From the NCBI RefSeq assembly GCF_001194135.2, contig NC_068990.1, positions 66,544,928 to 66,608,927 of the forward strand: 64,000 bases of DNA, in the 5' to 3' direction. Below are positions 12,991 to 27,500 of the stretch, one piece after another (the stretch's first letter is position 1; every line of letters begins with the position of its first letter). Position numbers and translations under genes: made by a program. A model generated the notes under the pieces. The model saw nothing but the letters and a program-made list of their open reading frames with translations, did not search any database and had not been told where the DNA came from. This stretch comes from Octopus bimaculoides. Its lineage: Eukaryota.

Positions 12991-13207
12991 GGCGGCGAGC
13001 TGGCAGCATCGTTAGCATGCCGGTTAAAATGCTTAGCGGTATTTCGTCCGACTTTCCGATCTGAGTTCTAATTTCGCCGAGGTCTGCTTTACCTTTCATC
13101 CTTTCGAGTTCGATAAAATAAGTACCAGTTGAGCATTAAGGTCGATGTAATTAACTTAGCCACTCTTCCAAACCTGCTGGCCTTGTGCTAAAGTTTTAAA
13201 CCAATAT
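12991..13207 (+). mobile_element. SINE family A variant (3' end gctggccttgtgctaaagttttaaaccaatat)
   Basis: Head and core match the other family A copies. Confidence 0.9.
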
Positions 13208-13394
13208 CTAAAGATGGAAATTTTGAGGCTATCTCTACTCGAATAAGTGGCCTAAAACTAAGTTATTAATGTCCTCGCCCTGGTGATATTACACGTCGCC
13301 GCCCTAATGTGTTTGCATGTTACCATAGCTGTATTAATGCCATATCTGTAACATATATTTATTGTCAATATTCCTATATTTTTTACTTTTTTTT

Positions 13395-13682
13395 CAAGTC
13401 CCAGGACTCATAATGCCGGTTATCTAGTTTCTATGGCTTATAAGTGAGACCATAACATTCCCCCCAAATAGGACGCCAGTCCATTGCAGTATTCGAGGCC
13501 AGGGAGTATGTAAAAAACATCGACCCCAGTACTTGACTGGTGATATATTATATCAACGCTAAATGAATGAAAAGCAAGATTGACTGCGGCGGGATTTGAA
13601 CCCAGAACGTAAATAACAGGAAGATATGCTGGAAAGCATTTTGTCCAACGATATAATGATTCAGCCAGTTCACCGCTTTAGC
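13395..13682 (-). mobile_element. Degenerate SINE A copy (13520-13682) adjoining a family D-like tail
   Basis: atcgaccccagtacttgactgg...gatttgaacccagaacg; ggacgccagtccattgcag. Confidence 0.65.
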
Positions 13683-15360
13683 GATGTACATTAACCACCA
13701 ATAAAGACCCTTTAAAATTTCATACACTACACTATTAGTTTAGCTATATTTAGAATAGTTATGTACGAACTTTTACGTTTTGATTTCTCCTTTAATCCCT
13801 CGAGGTTTATAGTGTCACTGAAATATTGGGGTTGATATCTTTTTTTCCATTCCCTGAAAAGGATTACTTTTGCTTAAATTAGCAGCAATATTATTATCAT
13901 TATAACATTGCTATAACTACTCCCTCCGAACTTCATATCTTCATTTTATTGTCTCACCAGTTCCTCCACCATTGATTTATGTCTGGTCTGATTCAGATTT
14001 TACATTTCAAGGAAATACAGGAGGTGTTGTTAATAATCGTGGTCGTCGCAAGGAGTTATGAGCTGAGGACCTTTGATATTTTGACTAAGACATGAAGAGC
14101 TATGTGTGTATTTAAACTATGACGTGTAAAATGGGGGAAATGAACAAATAGATTACTTTCCAACAACGATAATTGAATGAAAAAGGAATGGCGGTGAATT
14201 AGACTAAGAAGGTTGTCGGATAAAAGGAAGGAGTATTGAGAGAGATGTAGTTAGTGTCAATCATGGGGAGTGACAAGCAAACGGATGATGTTGTCTATGT
14301 AGATTCAAGCTGACAAAGGAGAAGAGTTGCTAGATTGGGGACGTGGAACAAAGCCCAAATGACTACTAACATAGTAAATGGCAAACATCACAGCTGCAAA
14401 AGATCAGACTGGCAATGGTGTGAAACTATAGGTTAATATGAAGCGTCGATGTCTAATACAGAATGCTAGCTGAATGGGAGTAGGTGAGAAGACTTGGAGG
14501 CGAGATTTCATATCGGATGAGGGGGAATATTTTGGTGGAACGAATGCTGTTGCTCTCTTGCTTGGCAAGTCAACTTCAGACTAAGCTATTAATGAATTCC
14601 AAAACCAATACTGTAGAAATAAAGTATCCAGGGGTTTTGAAATGGTAAACCTCAGTTTTCCAAAAGCATATTTCTATCGACAAGATATTCCTAACACCAA
14701 TCAGCCAGATAACGTCTGTTTTTACTTATATAAAATGGATTTCAGACAAGGAATGCAATCCATTAGTCTAAATTAGCAAAACATACTGCCAAGGTCGGAA
14801 TTTTGGGAAACATTTCACAGTGTTTCCTAAGGACTTATTCAGAGAGTTTGATTGAGGACAGCTATCTTATTTCGTTCGTTCCATATTGATATCTGTAGCA
14901 TTTGTATGTATATATATATATGTATGTGCGTGCGTGCGAGTTTCTGTGTGTTCACCTGTGTTTCGTGTATGTAAATATACGTGAAACAACATCGGAAACA
15001 GTCATCACACACACACACACAAGTACATGGGGAACAATGCGTGAGCTGCAGAATTCGGTGTCAATAACATTTTGCCGCATATAACTCGCAGAACCACTCG
15101 TTTCAAAAACGACACTAAAGAAGACGTAAATACAATAAACGGTCTAAACACCAAAAACATGGCAGCAAACTACATACGACAAAGACAAATATTTGCGGCA
15201 AACAGACACAGAGAAATAGAAATCGACACAAAAACAAAGAATGCAGTCTTTTGACTAGAAATAAAAACAAAAAAAAAAACGTATTAGCACAAATGGAAAA
15301 TATAAAAATGCATCTATCAGGACAAACACGCACACACTCACAAGCACACAGGACGTATAT

Positions 15361-15391
<31 letters not shown>

Positions 15392-15459
15392 AAAAACATA
15401 CACACAAAAACACACACACATATAGGGCATGTATAAGGATATACGTGTACATTTTTTTT

Positions 15460-15600
15460 TATCTTTTACTCCGTTCAGACATTAGACTGCAGCCATGCTG
15501 GGATTTATTCGAACGAGTCTACTCCAGTACTTATTTTCCTTTTGCCGAAGCGCTAAGTAACTGGGGTCTAAACACCTGTTGTCAAGCGATAATGAGTGCC
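15460..15600 (-). mobile_element. SINE family B/C tail fragment
   Basis: ttcagacattagactgcagccatgctggg and gccgaagcgctaagtaactgggg. Confidence 0.6.
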
Positions 15601-16146
15601 AAACAGAAAGACACGCACACACCCATACCTATACTCGCGCGCACACACAAATGCTCACACTCATGCACAGACACACATTCCGTCTACCACATCCAATTAC
15701 AAAGGTATGATCGGCTCGGGATTACAGCAGAGGACGCTGGCCAAGGTGTCGAACTGAACCTTGGTGGGAAACAAAAATGTTTACACCACACACACACACA
15801 CGCACACATACATGTGTCTATATCTATCTATCCCCTCTCTCCTTCTTTCTCTCTCTCTCTCTCTCTCTCTCTNNNNNNNNNNNNNNNNNNNNNNNNNNNN
15901 NNNNNNNNNNNNNNNNNNNNNNNNNNNNNNNNNNNNNNNNNNNNNNNNNNNNNNNNNNNNNNNNNNNNNNNNNNNNNNNNNNNNNNNNNNNNNNNNNNNN
16001 NNNNNNNNNNNNNNNNNNNNNNNNNNNNNNNNNNNNNNNNNNNNNNNNNNNNNNNNNNNNNNNNNNNNNNNNNNNNNNNNNNNNNNNNNNNNNNNNNNNN
16101 NNNNNNNNNNNNNNNNNNNNNNNNNNNNNAAGACAATGGTGATGGA

Positions 16147-16176
16147 TAGATAGAAATATGGATAGGTAGATAGGCT

Positions 16177-16245
<69 letters not shown>

Positions 16246-16258
16246 TCAGACAGATAGC
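16147..16258. repeat. (GATA)n tetranucleotide microsatellite
   Basis: Direct array. Confidence 0.95.
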
Positions 16259-16631
16259 CAGATGGGTATGGTAAGAGAGAGAAGGGTATCTACCTTCCTA
16301 TTCACCATTTATTTATTTGATTATTTTTTCCTATTACTATTGTTTTGGAATGAGTTTAAGGATGGTGACCACTTAAAAAAAAAAACAAGTGTGGTTTGGT
16401 CATCACAGAAGGTCTTTCTAGTTCTCTTTTTCTCCTCTTCCTTCTCTTCTTTACTTCTTCCTTCCTTTTTCCTCCTTTCTCTCTTTTTCTCCTCTTTGAG
16501 TTATATTTAGAATATATTCCTTTCAAACATTTATTTCTGGTGGGAATTTTTTGATAAGGTATAGTTCTGCATGAAAATACATTAGTATATTTGCAAATAA
16601 ACAATTTGAAAAATCAGTCAGTAAATAAAAT

Positions 16632-17711
16632 GAATTAAAAAGTGGAAACGCTTCCTTGATGATTGCTTCATCTTCTGGGATAGATCGAATGAAGATCTAA
16701 ATATATTTAACAATATATTGAACACACTTCACCCATCCATCAAATTCACGACAGGATCCAGTTGCAAAGAACTACCATTCCTGGATATCCACATAAAAAT
16801 ACAGAAATCCCCAGTCACAACTGACATATTTTACAAAAAAACTGACACACGCCAGTATTTAAATTTCCGCTCTTGCCATCCATGACACATCAAAAGAAAC
16901 ATCCCATACAGCATGGCAAGACGCATCTATGCTATAGTAACTGACCCCAAAATACGTGAAATCCGACTCAATGAACTCAAAGGCTTCCTTACAATGCAGA
17001 AATATCCCTTAGGATTAATCAATGAGGGAATTAAAAAGGCGATGAAACTGAACATCACCCAACTACGGATACCTAAGGAAAAACTCAATGAAAACACGAT
17101 TCCGTTCATTAACACACACAGTCCTGGAGTAACCAACATCTTTCACGCCATAAAATCGAACTTACCTCTACTCCTACAAAGCCCAAAAATATAAACTCTG
17201 ATTGGAAAAAAACACCTTACGGAATAGCAGACGCCAACCAAAAAATCTTAAAAAACACTTCACAAGGGTAGAGTTCAAATTAGAGAATGAATCAGAATTC
17301 TTAGTAAATGAATGTGGATATAGGAGATGTGGAACATGCAACAATATCAACAACTTCAAATACTTGGAAATTGGTTCCCGCATAAAATTCAAGAGCGGAT
17401 CCCTTTTCAAAATAAATGCAGATATGAACTGCAAAACGCAAACCCACATATACTGCATTACTTGCCCAAACTGCAAAGAAAATTAAATTGGTGAAACAAA
17501 TAATTCCCTCTGCCAACGTGCAAGAATCCATAGGCAACGTATCCGACAAGAAGAATTATGTAAGATTCCGTTAAGTAAGCACCTGGAAATATGCGGCGAC
17601 AGAAAATTCAAAATTGTTCCGTTTTACAACTGTGCACGGGACGATCCGCAATACCGAAATGCAATGGAACTACATTTCATCAAAAAATTCTCTCCAAATT
17701 TGAATGTTTGA
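16632..17711 (+). mobile_element. Penelope-like element (Neptune-type), 5'-truncated RT plus GIY-YIG endonuclease, pseudogenised
   Basis: WKRFLDDCFIFW, ELPFLDI, TDIFYKKTDTRQYLNFRSCHP*HIKRNIPYSMARRI, Cys linker CGYRRCGTC, IYCITCPNCKEN*IGET..R..HR; internal stops and one frameshift near 17195. Confidence 0.92.
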
Positions 17712-17829
17712 GAGAAAAGCAGAGACAGTACGTTTTGTAATTGATATGCTAATGTTCTCTAATGCAAAATCATGGAATTGAAAGAGGCGTGATCGAAGTT
17801 ACACAGTATAAACATGGACATATTCCCAA

Positions 17830-17882
<53 letters not shown>

Positions 17883-18875
17883 CACACACGCACAGAAACA
17901 TGTATATGCACGCGCACGCACACACACACACACACACACTTNNNNNNNNNNNNNNNNNNNNNNNNNNNNNNNNNNNNNNNNNNNNNNNNNNNNNNNNNNN
18001 NNNNNNNNNNNNNNNNNNNNNNNNNNNNNNNNNNNNNNNNNNNNNNNNNNNNNNNNNNNNNNNNNNNNNNNNNNNNNNNNNNNNNNNNNNNNNNNNNNNN
18101 NNNNNNNNNNNNNNNNNNNNNNNNNNNNNNNNNNNNNNNNNNNNNNNNNNNNNNNNNNNNNNNNNNNNNNNNNNNNNNNNNNNNNNNNNNNNNNNNNNNN
18201 NNNNNNNNNNNNNNNNNNNNNNNNNNNNNNNTATTTACTGATTGGTTTTTCAAATAGTTAATATGTAAATATTATACTAATGCATTTTCATGCAGAACTA
18301 CACTTTATCTTAAAATGTTATATAAAGTCAAAGTAATTTAACGGCAATTAATTTGAAAATACATAATTTAAAACCAAAATTAAAAATTCCGCAAAGAACT
18401 TTCTTGACAACCTAATAGAATGTTCGGGAAAAGGTGAAATAGTTCTTTTTGTGTAATGTGAAACCAAAAGTAGAGAAACTATATAAATAATAGCCTCTAA
18501 ATGTTGTGGATAGTGAAAGCTGAAGAGTCTACATAGTTTGACGTCAACAACTTACAATTCTCGCTGGTTAGAATTGTAAGTAGTTGACATACAGTTTTTA
18601 AAATGAATAGAGAAATTCGTAGGAAAGTTTTGATTCAATGGTAGAACTACTGGCATACATACAGAAGCTGGGTATTCGTGTCCCATGGGCAGCCTTCGAC
18701 TTTTTCTTTTCTAAGTGTTTTTAATCTAATGATATATATGTATATATGTATGCATTATGTATGTATCTACGTATGTTTGTATAAAGCATTCCAATGCATT
18801 TATTTAACATCTTTATACATTATCTATTTAATCCTTTGACCATTAACTTATCCATATAGTTCAAATTTATATAAA

Positions 18876-19005
18876 AACAAAGACGAAGACAGATGTAGGA
18901 ACAACAAGTGCATTAGCTTGATGCTCGGGAAAAATGGAAAATTCTTTTACGTAGTTCGAGCCTATGCTCATCGACAGAAAGGAATACGAGGAAATTAATA
19001 GAGGA
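18876..19005 (-). repeat. Dispersed repeat carrying a degenerate hammerhead-like motif (probably Penelope-derived)
   Basis: Roughly 70% similar by eye to 38631-38750. Confidence 0.6.
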
Positions 19006-19094
19006 TGAACCACTATATGTGTGTGTGTGCGGTATATTGGATAGATACTATCCCTTAGTGGGTTGAATCCTCAACCCCTAACTCTCTCGCATTA

Positions 19095-19171
<77 letters not shown>

Positions 19172-19663
19172 ATATATATATATATATAGTGGTTCAACAT
19201 GGCGAGCGATAGATTTAAGATCTCCATGCATATAAGATTCCTATACATTTATTAAACATCCCTATACATCCACCTAAAATGTAGTCGAGCTGCACTGCTA
19301 TACGATAGAAGATTACGTAAACTCTTTCTCTGCTTCATGCACATTGAGAAATTATTCAATGTTTGAATTATTCTAATACCATAACCCATAGTTTATATTT
19401 AAAACAATCTAACTAAATATCTATCGTGGAATTACTCCTTGAAGGTGATAGCCTAATGCAATCATAGATTCCTTAAATTATTTCCGTAATACGAATAGCA
19501 TTTTCTCCTTCACCTGACACATCTAATACATGTTGTAAAATAGAACAGTAATTATATTCTGAAATAATCCAACACACTCCATCATTTTAAATTTTACATT
19601 AAACGTTTCAATGCTGCATTAGATAAATTAGATAACGTCTTGCGTACTCCCGTAATATCTCCT

Positions 19664-19746
<83 letters not shown>

Positions 19747-20496
19747 ATATACTTAAATATCGAACAATGAGAGTGAGTGTTCAACACTGCTTTGGTGAAT
19801 AAGAATTCTTTATTTATGTAAGGCTATGATTGGTTTCATACTTAGAAAGTATCTTCATATGTTAACGATTTTTCCAGCCGATCACATGGACGAATGGTGT
19901 TCATCTCCATTTTAGATTAAAACATGAAAAAATATGAGAATTCACGATTATGTCTCGCGTGAATGTTTGGCATACAAAACAAGAAATCAAGAGTGATGAC
20001 ACTTGGGTGATTTTTGGGTGATTATTTCTCTTGGATTTGAATTTTAGAAAAAGTTGCACTCAATAATACGTTTGTTTATATTATGTTATATCCTGGGTAT
20101 GTGTAATGATCGAATGTTTGTGTGTTGAGGTAGTTCATCATGAGGGCATGTGACTTCTACGTGTGGAGTTCGTACGATCTATGTATTTAATGTCCATGTT
20201 CAGAGAAATAAAATCTATCCTGATAGGATCGGTGGAGTGGGTGGTGGTTCGCTCTAATATCTCGGACCGTAAGATGCAATCTTTTGATTGGACGATGTTT
20301 AGATTTTCAGTAATGCAAAGCTAACATTTGGTATCCTATCTCCAGTATTTTCTGGCTTTAGTAATAACGGTCCATGTTTATCTAGTAATTGCTTACTCCA
20401 CCTTCTTTCTATGTGGACATACTAGTCAGGGATATCGCGTGTCTTTTTTTCTTGTCCTTGAGTGACGACAGATGTGTGTATATTTCCTTGAACAAG

Positions 20497-20536
<40 letters not shown>

Positions 20537-20850
20537 NNNNNNNNNNNNNNNNNNNNNNNNNNNNNNNNNNNNNNNNNNNNNNNNNNNNNNNNNNNNNNNN
20601 NNNNNNNNNNNNNNNNNNNNNNNNNNNNNNNNNNNNNNNNNNNNNNNNNNNNNNNNNNNNNNNNNNNNNNNNNNNNNNNNNNNNNNNNNNNNNNNNNNNN
20701 NNNNNNNNNNNNNNNNNNNNNNNNNNNNNNNNNNNNNNNNNNNNNNNNNNNNNNNNNNNNNNNNNNNNNNNNNNNNNNNNNNNNNNNNNNNNNNNNNNNN
20801 NNNNNNNNNNNNNNNNNNNNNNNNNNNNNNNNNNNNNNNNNNNNNNNNNN

Positions 20851-20898
<48 letters not shown>

Positions 20899-22412
20899 CA
20901 CACAAACACACAAACATGCAAACACAAACAAATATGCAGAATACATACATAGAAACGTACACACATGCATACATATATATAGTCATACATGCACACACGC
21001 GCATACATACATATTTCTATACACATGCACACTGACGCACAGCCATGGGCACAAACAAACAAACAAACAAACAAAAAGAACGCAGCTCCGATAACGGTCA
21101 GAATCAACAACTATTGAAGAGTTAGCAAAAAGCAACTAAAATTTTTTGAAAGAAATAATAAAGGAGTGGAAATTGAACCGGTGAGTGTGTTAATTGATAA
21201 GGCATTAAAACAGAATGATTCTCCCCAGATACAACAAAATATGCTTCAACACATGAATTCACATAAAAAAATCCTGTAAACCAAATACAAAAACGACACA
21301 CACACACACACACACATATATATATGTATATACATGAAATCATACTTTCCGTTAAATAGCTGTTATTATCGACGATGACTTGTATATTTATTTCGAATGT
21401 GTATATGCTAATCACAGGCGAGCAACTGCGCGTTTACGACGAATGTATTTCTAACACAGTCGATTCAATAGTACAATGAATTTTGAAACATCTGTGTTTC
21501 GACATCATTATGCCACGTCAGCCAGAGGCAACACACACTAATGAATTTAAGAAGAGTCGAAGCTCTTGTTCATAGTTTAAGCAAAAGACTGTTTAGTGAT
21601 CCGTGCTGATATATTCCAGCCGATACTAAATCGTGAGATGCACGGTAAACTGCGGGAATCAAAACGACAACTTGCATAATTATTCTTAATACGTTCCGGC
21701 TGATTCGAACGTCTTGTTAAATTTTTCCAATATTCTAATTGACCCAAAGCTCAGCTTTATTTTTATTCAAAACGTCTGTTATATTTAAAATAATTCCAAA
21801 CTGCGGTAACTCCTACCTATAAACGCTTATAGTTTTCCAAGAAAAGGGGAGAAAAAACATATACACAGCATGCATAACGGTTGTTTGATTCTCTTGTTAC
21901 ATTATTGTAGCCAGTCAGAAGTCAAAGCTTGATTTATTTGTCGACATATTTAGCTATAATAAATATATGATATTCTGTTGTGTCCTGACTCGTTATAGAA
22001 TTCTTGATTTCGGTTTAAGTGCTTTCTATTTTTTGTCGCAGTAAGCATACTTACCTTAACTTACGTACAGAGGTTTGTAAATACATCATACATACACAGA
22101 GACACAGAGACACACACACAAAAACACACATACACACACATACACACACATGTATATATATAAACATATACTATATTTGTGCGTGCATATATATATATAC
22201 ATATACATGTCCATATATGTGTGTTTGTATACGTATATAAATATGTATATACATGTGTATATATATATACACATATATATACATGGGAATATATATATAT
22301 ATATATAAGATCGNNNNNNNNNNNNNNNNNNNNNNNNNNNNNNNNNNNNNNNNNNNNNNNNNNNNNNNNNNNNNNNNNNNNNNNNNNNNNNNNNNNNNNN
22401 NNNNNNNNNNNN

Positions 22413-22443
<31 letters not shown>

Positions 22444-22500
22444 GATAGATAGATAGATAGATATATAGATAGATAGATAGATAGATAGACAGATACATAG

Positions 22501-22533
<33 letters not shown>

Positions 22534-24177
22534 GTGTGAGTGAGTGATATAACCAGAGAGAGAGAGAGAGAGGTAGGCAGATAGAAAACAAGAAAGATAG
22601 GTAAATAAACAGATTTATACATACATACATTCATGCAAACACACACACACATACACACACATATACACACATCCATACACATATATATAGAGACATAGAG
22701 ATGTTGGTGTGTAATGATGTTCTCATTATTTTATTGGCTCTATTTCTTGCTCTAAAGTGTAGCCAAATGACTTAACGGTATTCCGATGATCAAACTGAAA
22801 AGAAAAGAGGGCGCTAAGAGCAAAGGTTAGAAAACTAATTGCGCTTTTGCCTGAGATGAAAAGTGAATCCGCGTTTTGGATTTTAGTTAAATTAAACATA
22901 GTAAATCTAGCCTTCTATTCTAGGGCCATTTGGTTGTCCTTCATCGCAACTGTGTTTGCAGGGTTATTTATAGCGTTTTTGCGTGATATAGCACTGAAGT
23001 GAATTAGGGGATTCGGCTAGCGAATTGACAAATGAATTTTGCATGAATATGGAATGAATTAAGAGGGAATACAAAAATACATAGAAAATTATATTAGAAA
23101 AATTGCAACAAGCCTACCAACAATAACGTGAGTCGTTTCTAATAAAAAATGGCGTCTATTTATGTATGTGTTTATTTTTTTATTTATTCCTATTACCACA
23201 CCGTGTGCTAATAAGTATGTGTGCATTTCTCTTTGAGTGTTAGTGTGTGCGTGCGTAGATGCGTGCGAATTGTGATGTAGTGACATCTTCGCCGTAAGGC
23301 ATGCGTGTGGGAGAGGTTTCGAAAACAAGAAAATCGAAGAGTAGACAGAGACGAAAGACTACGAAGAAAGACCATAGAAAGAAATAAAATGTAATACAGA
23401 ATGCCTATATAGAAAAATTCCTAACATCTGCCACAAGACTGTAGTAGTTTCGTGAAGCATAAATTGAAGAAAGCAGACAATGTATAGAGAATGATCAGCA
23501 TTATTGTGTAAAAAGGGAAGATGCAGAAGATTTCTTTTTGTGTGGAGACAAAATGGTAGAATAAAACAACAATAAAAACCGAAGAATATCAAATATAAAA
23601 AGCCGGTCATTACTGAATATCTCTGATTTTGTTTTCATTCTATTTCAATTCTTTTACCAACGAGGGGAAAGAAATGGAGGAGAAACAGTAAGGAAAAACT
23701 CAGAGAGAACAATATNNNNNNNNNNNNNNNNNNNNNNNNNNNNNNNNNNNNNNNNNNNNNNNNNNNNNNNNNNNNNNNNNNNNNNNNNNNNNNNNNNNNN
23801 NNNNNNNNNNNNNNNNNNNNNNNNNNNNNNNNNNNNNNNNNNNNNNNNNNNNNNNNNNNNNNNNNNNNNNNNNNNNNNNNNNNNNNNNNNNNNNNNNNNN
23901 NNNNNNNNNNNNNNNNNNNNNNNNNNNNNNNNNNNNNNNNNNNNNNNNNNNNNNNNNNNNNNNNNNNNNNNNNNNNNNNNNNNNNNNNNNNNNNNNNNNN
24001 NNNNNNNNNNNNNNNNNNNNNNNNNNNNNNNNNNNNNNNNNNNNNNNNNNNNNNNNNNNNNNNNNNNNNNNNNNNNNNNNNNNNNNNNNNNNNNNNNNNN
24101 NNNNNNNNNNNNNNNNNNNNNNNNNNNNNNNNNNNNNNNNNNNNNNNNNNNNNNNNNNNNNNNNNNNNNNNNNNNNN

Positions 24178-24260
<83 letters not shown>

Positions 24261-24450
24261 TTATCAGTGTGCAAAAGACACTGAAGGAGATTGAATGGTC
24301 AACATATATAGCAAGGAAAGGGATTAATGAAACGTTAGGTGTATGTACGCAAGCACATATATATGTATAAATATATATATATGCACATATGTATGTGTGT
24401 ATTTATATATATACACACGTATACAGATATTGTATGTATGTATGTACGTA

Positions 24451-24499
<49 letters not shown>

Positions 24500-25326
24500 T
24501 CATGCAAGCATGTATGTATGTACATTTCTCTCTATCCCTCTCTTTATATATATATTATAGACACACAGACGAACATAGCATGATTTGAGATCTATATGCA
24601 TAGCTGTCTTTATTTTTCGCTGTTTCTTTCTCTTTCTCTTTCTCCCCTATCTCTTTTAGAAAACGAGCATATTTCCTATACTTCATAAAATTAATCATGA
24701 TTTTTCAAAAATATTCACCTAAACTTGAATTATTTAAAAATGAACAAAACTGTAATTAAGAAATTCTATTTCATGTTAAAATTACATACACCACATTACA
24801 ATAAATGAACAGAGAAAATCAGATACCATAAATTCGACCTCCCTATGAGCAGTTTCAGAAGTATAGACATTTCTCTATAGAGAATTTGATGAGCTCATGA
24901 TTAACAAGTGTAATCTTATAGATTCAGAAAAAAGAATTAACATACAATAAATTTTGCCTCGTGGGTGATAGTTGAAGCAATTCTGTCAACAATAAACTTC
25001 TGAATCAGGTGAAATATTTAGAAAACCGTACAAATAGCCTCAATAAAATAAGAATAAATCTACTGAATCACTAACCAACCGTTATTAAACTATTAGAGTG
25101 TCAGACGATGTATACTTAACATAAACATACAGGGATATATTGAGGAACCGACAGCGTATATCTTTTACGGTATTGTTACAATTAGATAGACATTACAGTA
25201 CACGCTTACACTCAAATCAAATACATGAAGTGGAGTTTCAATTTGATTTTACTTACTAAAGAGCACTATGAATATTTAGAGCTGTCCGCCAAAGTAAGTT
25301 CTTGTTCTAGATATATAAAGAACATA

Positions 25327-25670
25327 GGTGCAGGCATGGCTGTGTAGTTAACAAGTTTTGCAACCACGTTGTTCCGGGTTCAGTTCAACTACACAGCATA
25401 TTGAGCAAGTGACTTCTACTATAGTATCGCGCCGACAAATGTCTCGTAAGTGAATTTAATAGTCGGAGACTGTGTGGCAGCTTGTTGTATATATGTTTTG
25501 CTATGTGTGTTTTTATGTCCGTAGTTGTCGCCAACCTCCGCTACAGCTTGACAATCAGCGTTGTTTTATTAACGTTTCTGTAAGCTGACGGTTCGGCAAA
25601 GTGATCCGATAAAGTACAAGTCCTTAACAAATAATAAAGGTTGGCACCCATTTGTTCTACTAAACCTCTC
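25327..25670 (+). mobile_element. Composite SINE family B/C
   Basis: ggtgcaggcatggctgtgtagttaac...ccgggttcagttc...agcttgacaatcagcg...cggttcggcaaa. Confidence 0.75.
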
Positions 25671-25790
25671 CTTAACCACAATAAGACGAAAACTAGTGTT
25701 GTTTAACCCCAGGTCAATAATAGTTGAGCTGATCCATATCTACTACTACTTTAGATCTCATTTTTTACCCTGGTGACAAATAAATGAAAC

Positions 25791-25839
<49 letters not shown>

Positions 25840-25841
25840 TG

Positions 25842-26035
25842 GGTGGCGAGCTGACAGAATCGTTAGCACGCCGGGCAAAATGCTTAGCGGCATTTCGTTC
25901 GTCTTTACGTTCTGTGTTCAAATTCCGCCGAGGTCGACTATGCCTTTGATCCTTTCGGAGTCGATAATATAAGTACTTGTGGAACACTGGGGTCGTTGTA
26001 ATCGACTTATCCACACTCTAAAATTTGAAACCATT
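25842..26035 (+). mobile_element. SINE family A flanked on both sides by (ATT)n
   Basis: ggtggcgagctgacagaatcgttagcacgccgggc...; ATT arrays at 25790-25840 and 26033-26147. Confidence 0.9.
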
Positions 26036-26078
26036 ACTATTATTATTATCATTATTATTATTACTATCATTATTATTA

Positions 26079-26125
<47 letters not shown>

Positions 26126-26147
26126 ATTATTATTATTATTATTATTG

Positions 26148-26592
26148 AGTGAGAGAGCAGTGCATGCCATCAAAGTGACACTGGGGTACACATATATGAA
26201 GTCCAGTATACCCATCATGACTTCCGTCTGATAAGGGTAGTCCTGATTAGTAATAATTTTCTTCAAGTCGGGTAGCTCATCTCGCTCAAAATGTCTCTGA
26301 ATAAGGGGTGAACGAGACACCCACGTTTCCAGACGTGAATTATCTAAACTCACCAAAATTCCTCCCAACAAATGGCTATCATGCTCCCCCACTACTTCTG
26401 CTCGTGATCAGAGATGCACATATCGTCAGCCACTAAAGGACATGCTCAACTGGTTAAAGTTAAACAACTGAGAAGCAAATTTGTGGTATAGAGAATATTT
26501 TCTGTAGTCCATGTTTTATACGAAGACAAAACAATGTACGTGATAACACTTCCAAGATGAGGAACCATGAAAGCCACTGCCTGGTACTGAAT
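26148..26592 (-). mobile_element. Unclassified non-coding element inserted in an (AAT)n array
   Basis: About 445 bp of complex sequence with sharp ends (minus strand taaatgccctg... to ...ctgctctctcactc) and pure triplet arrays on both sides. Confidence 0.55.
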
Positions 26593-26598
26593 CAGGGC

Positions 26599-26656
<58 letters not shown>

Positions 26657-27281
26657 GACAAAGTAAATAAGAGTGCAATTAATAAATAATATTTCTTGTT
26701 AGAATCACTCTCTCTCACGCGCGCGCGCGCATACCCATATGCTATAATACAAAAATATATCAAAAAAGCGAATCGATCTCTCTGCGAACAGTTTCAAGAA
26801 AATAGAGTTTCATTTTGTCAGTAGATAATTTAATTTGCTGATGATTAAGAAGAGAAGGCCATTAATGTTATAGATGCATTGAATTCTGTTGTACCATTAA
26901 ATAACAATGGTTATATAGTATATTATTACTATTACTATATAATAACGGTTATATAATATGTTATATTATTATTCATAAGTGTTACATTATATAACAATAG
27001 AGCAACACATTGACTTCTCAAAATCCATCTGAAAAACTAGAATGATCGGAAAATGTTCCCCATTTCTATTAGATATTTCTGTGTCGTAAAATCGAAACCC
27101 TTTCTTTTCATCAGGTTAACATTTCTGTTATGTATTTGTGAACAATGCCGTCGTTATGTAAAGATTTTCTTCATGCCAATCATTGGTTCAGAAGTATCCA
27201 GAAATGGGAGATTAAATCAATTAATTTCTAAAAGAGGTTAAACCAAGTTTGCTTCTGGATAAAATTTATTTCAATAGTGAA

Positions 27282-27500
27282 GGTGCGTGACCTAGTTGTT
27301 AGGGTGTTTCGCTCAAGATCGCAATGTTGTGGTTACGATTCCGGGACCTGGCGCTGCATTAGGTTCTTGAGTAAAACAATGCATTTCGCGATGCTACAGT
27401 CTAAGCAGCTGTAAATAACTGACCTTGTGGCGGACTAGTATCCCGTTCACGGTCAATGTTGTGACTGACCCTATGAGCCCTAGAACTTCAGGTAGTTCAG
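27282..27500 (+). mobile_element. tRNA-head SINE family D (CORE-like body)
   Basis: ggtgcgtgacctagttgttagggtg...gttacgattccggg; ttcttgagtaaaacaatgcatttcgcg shared with 29358 and 59440. Confidence 0.65.
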
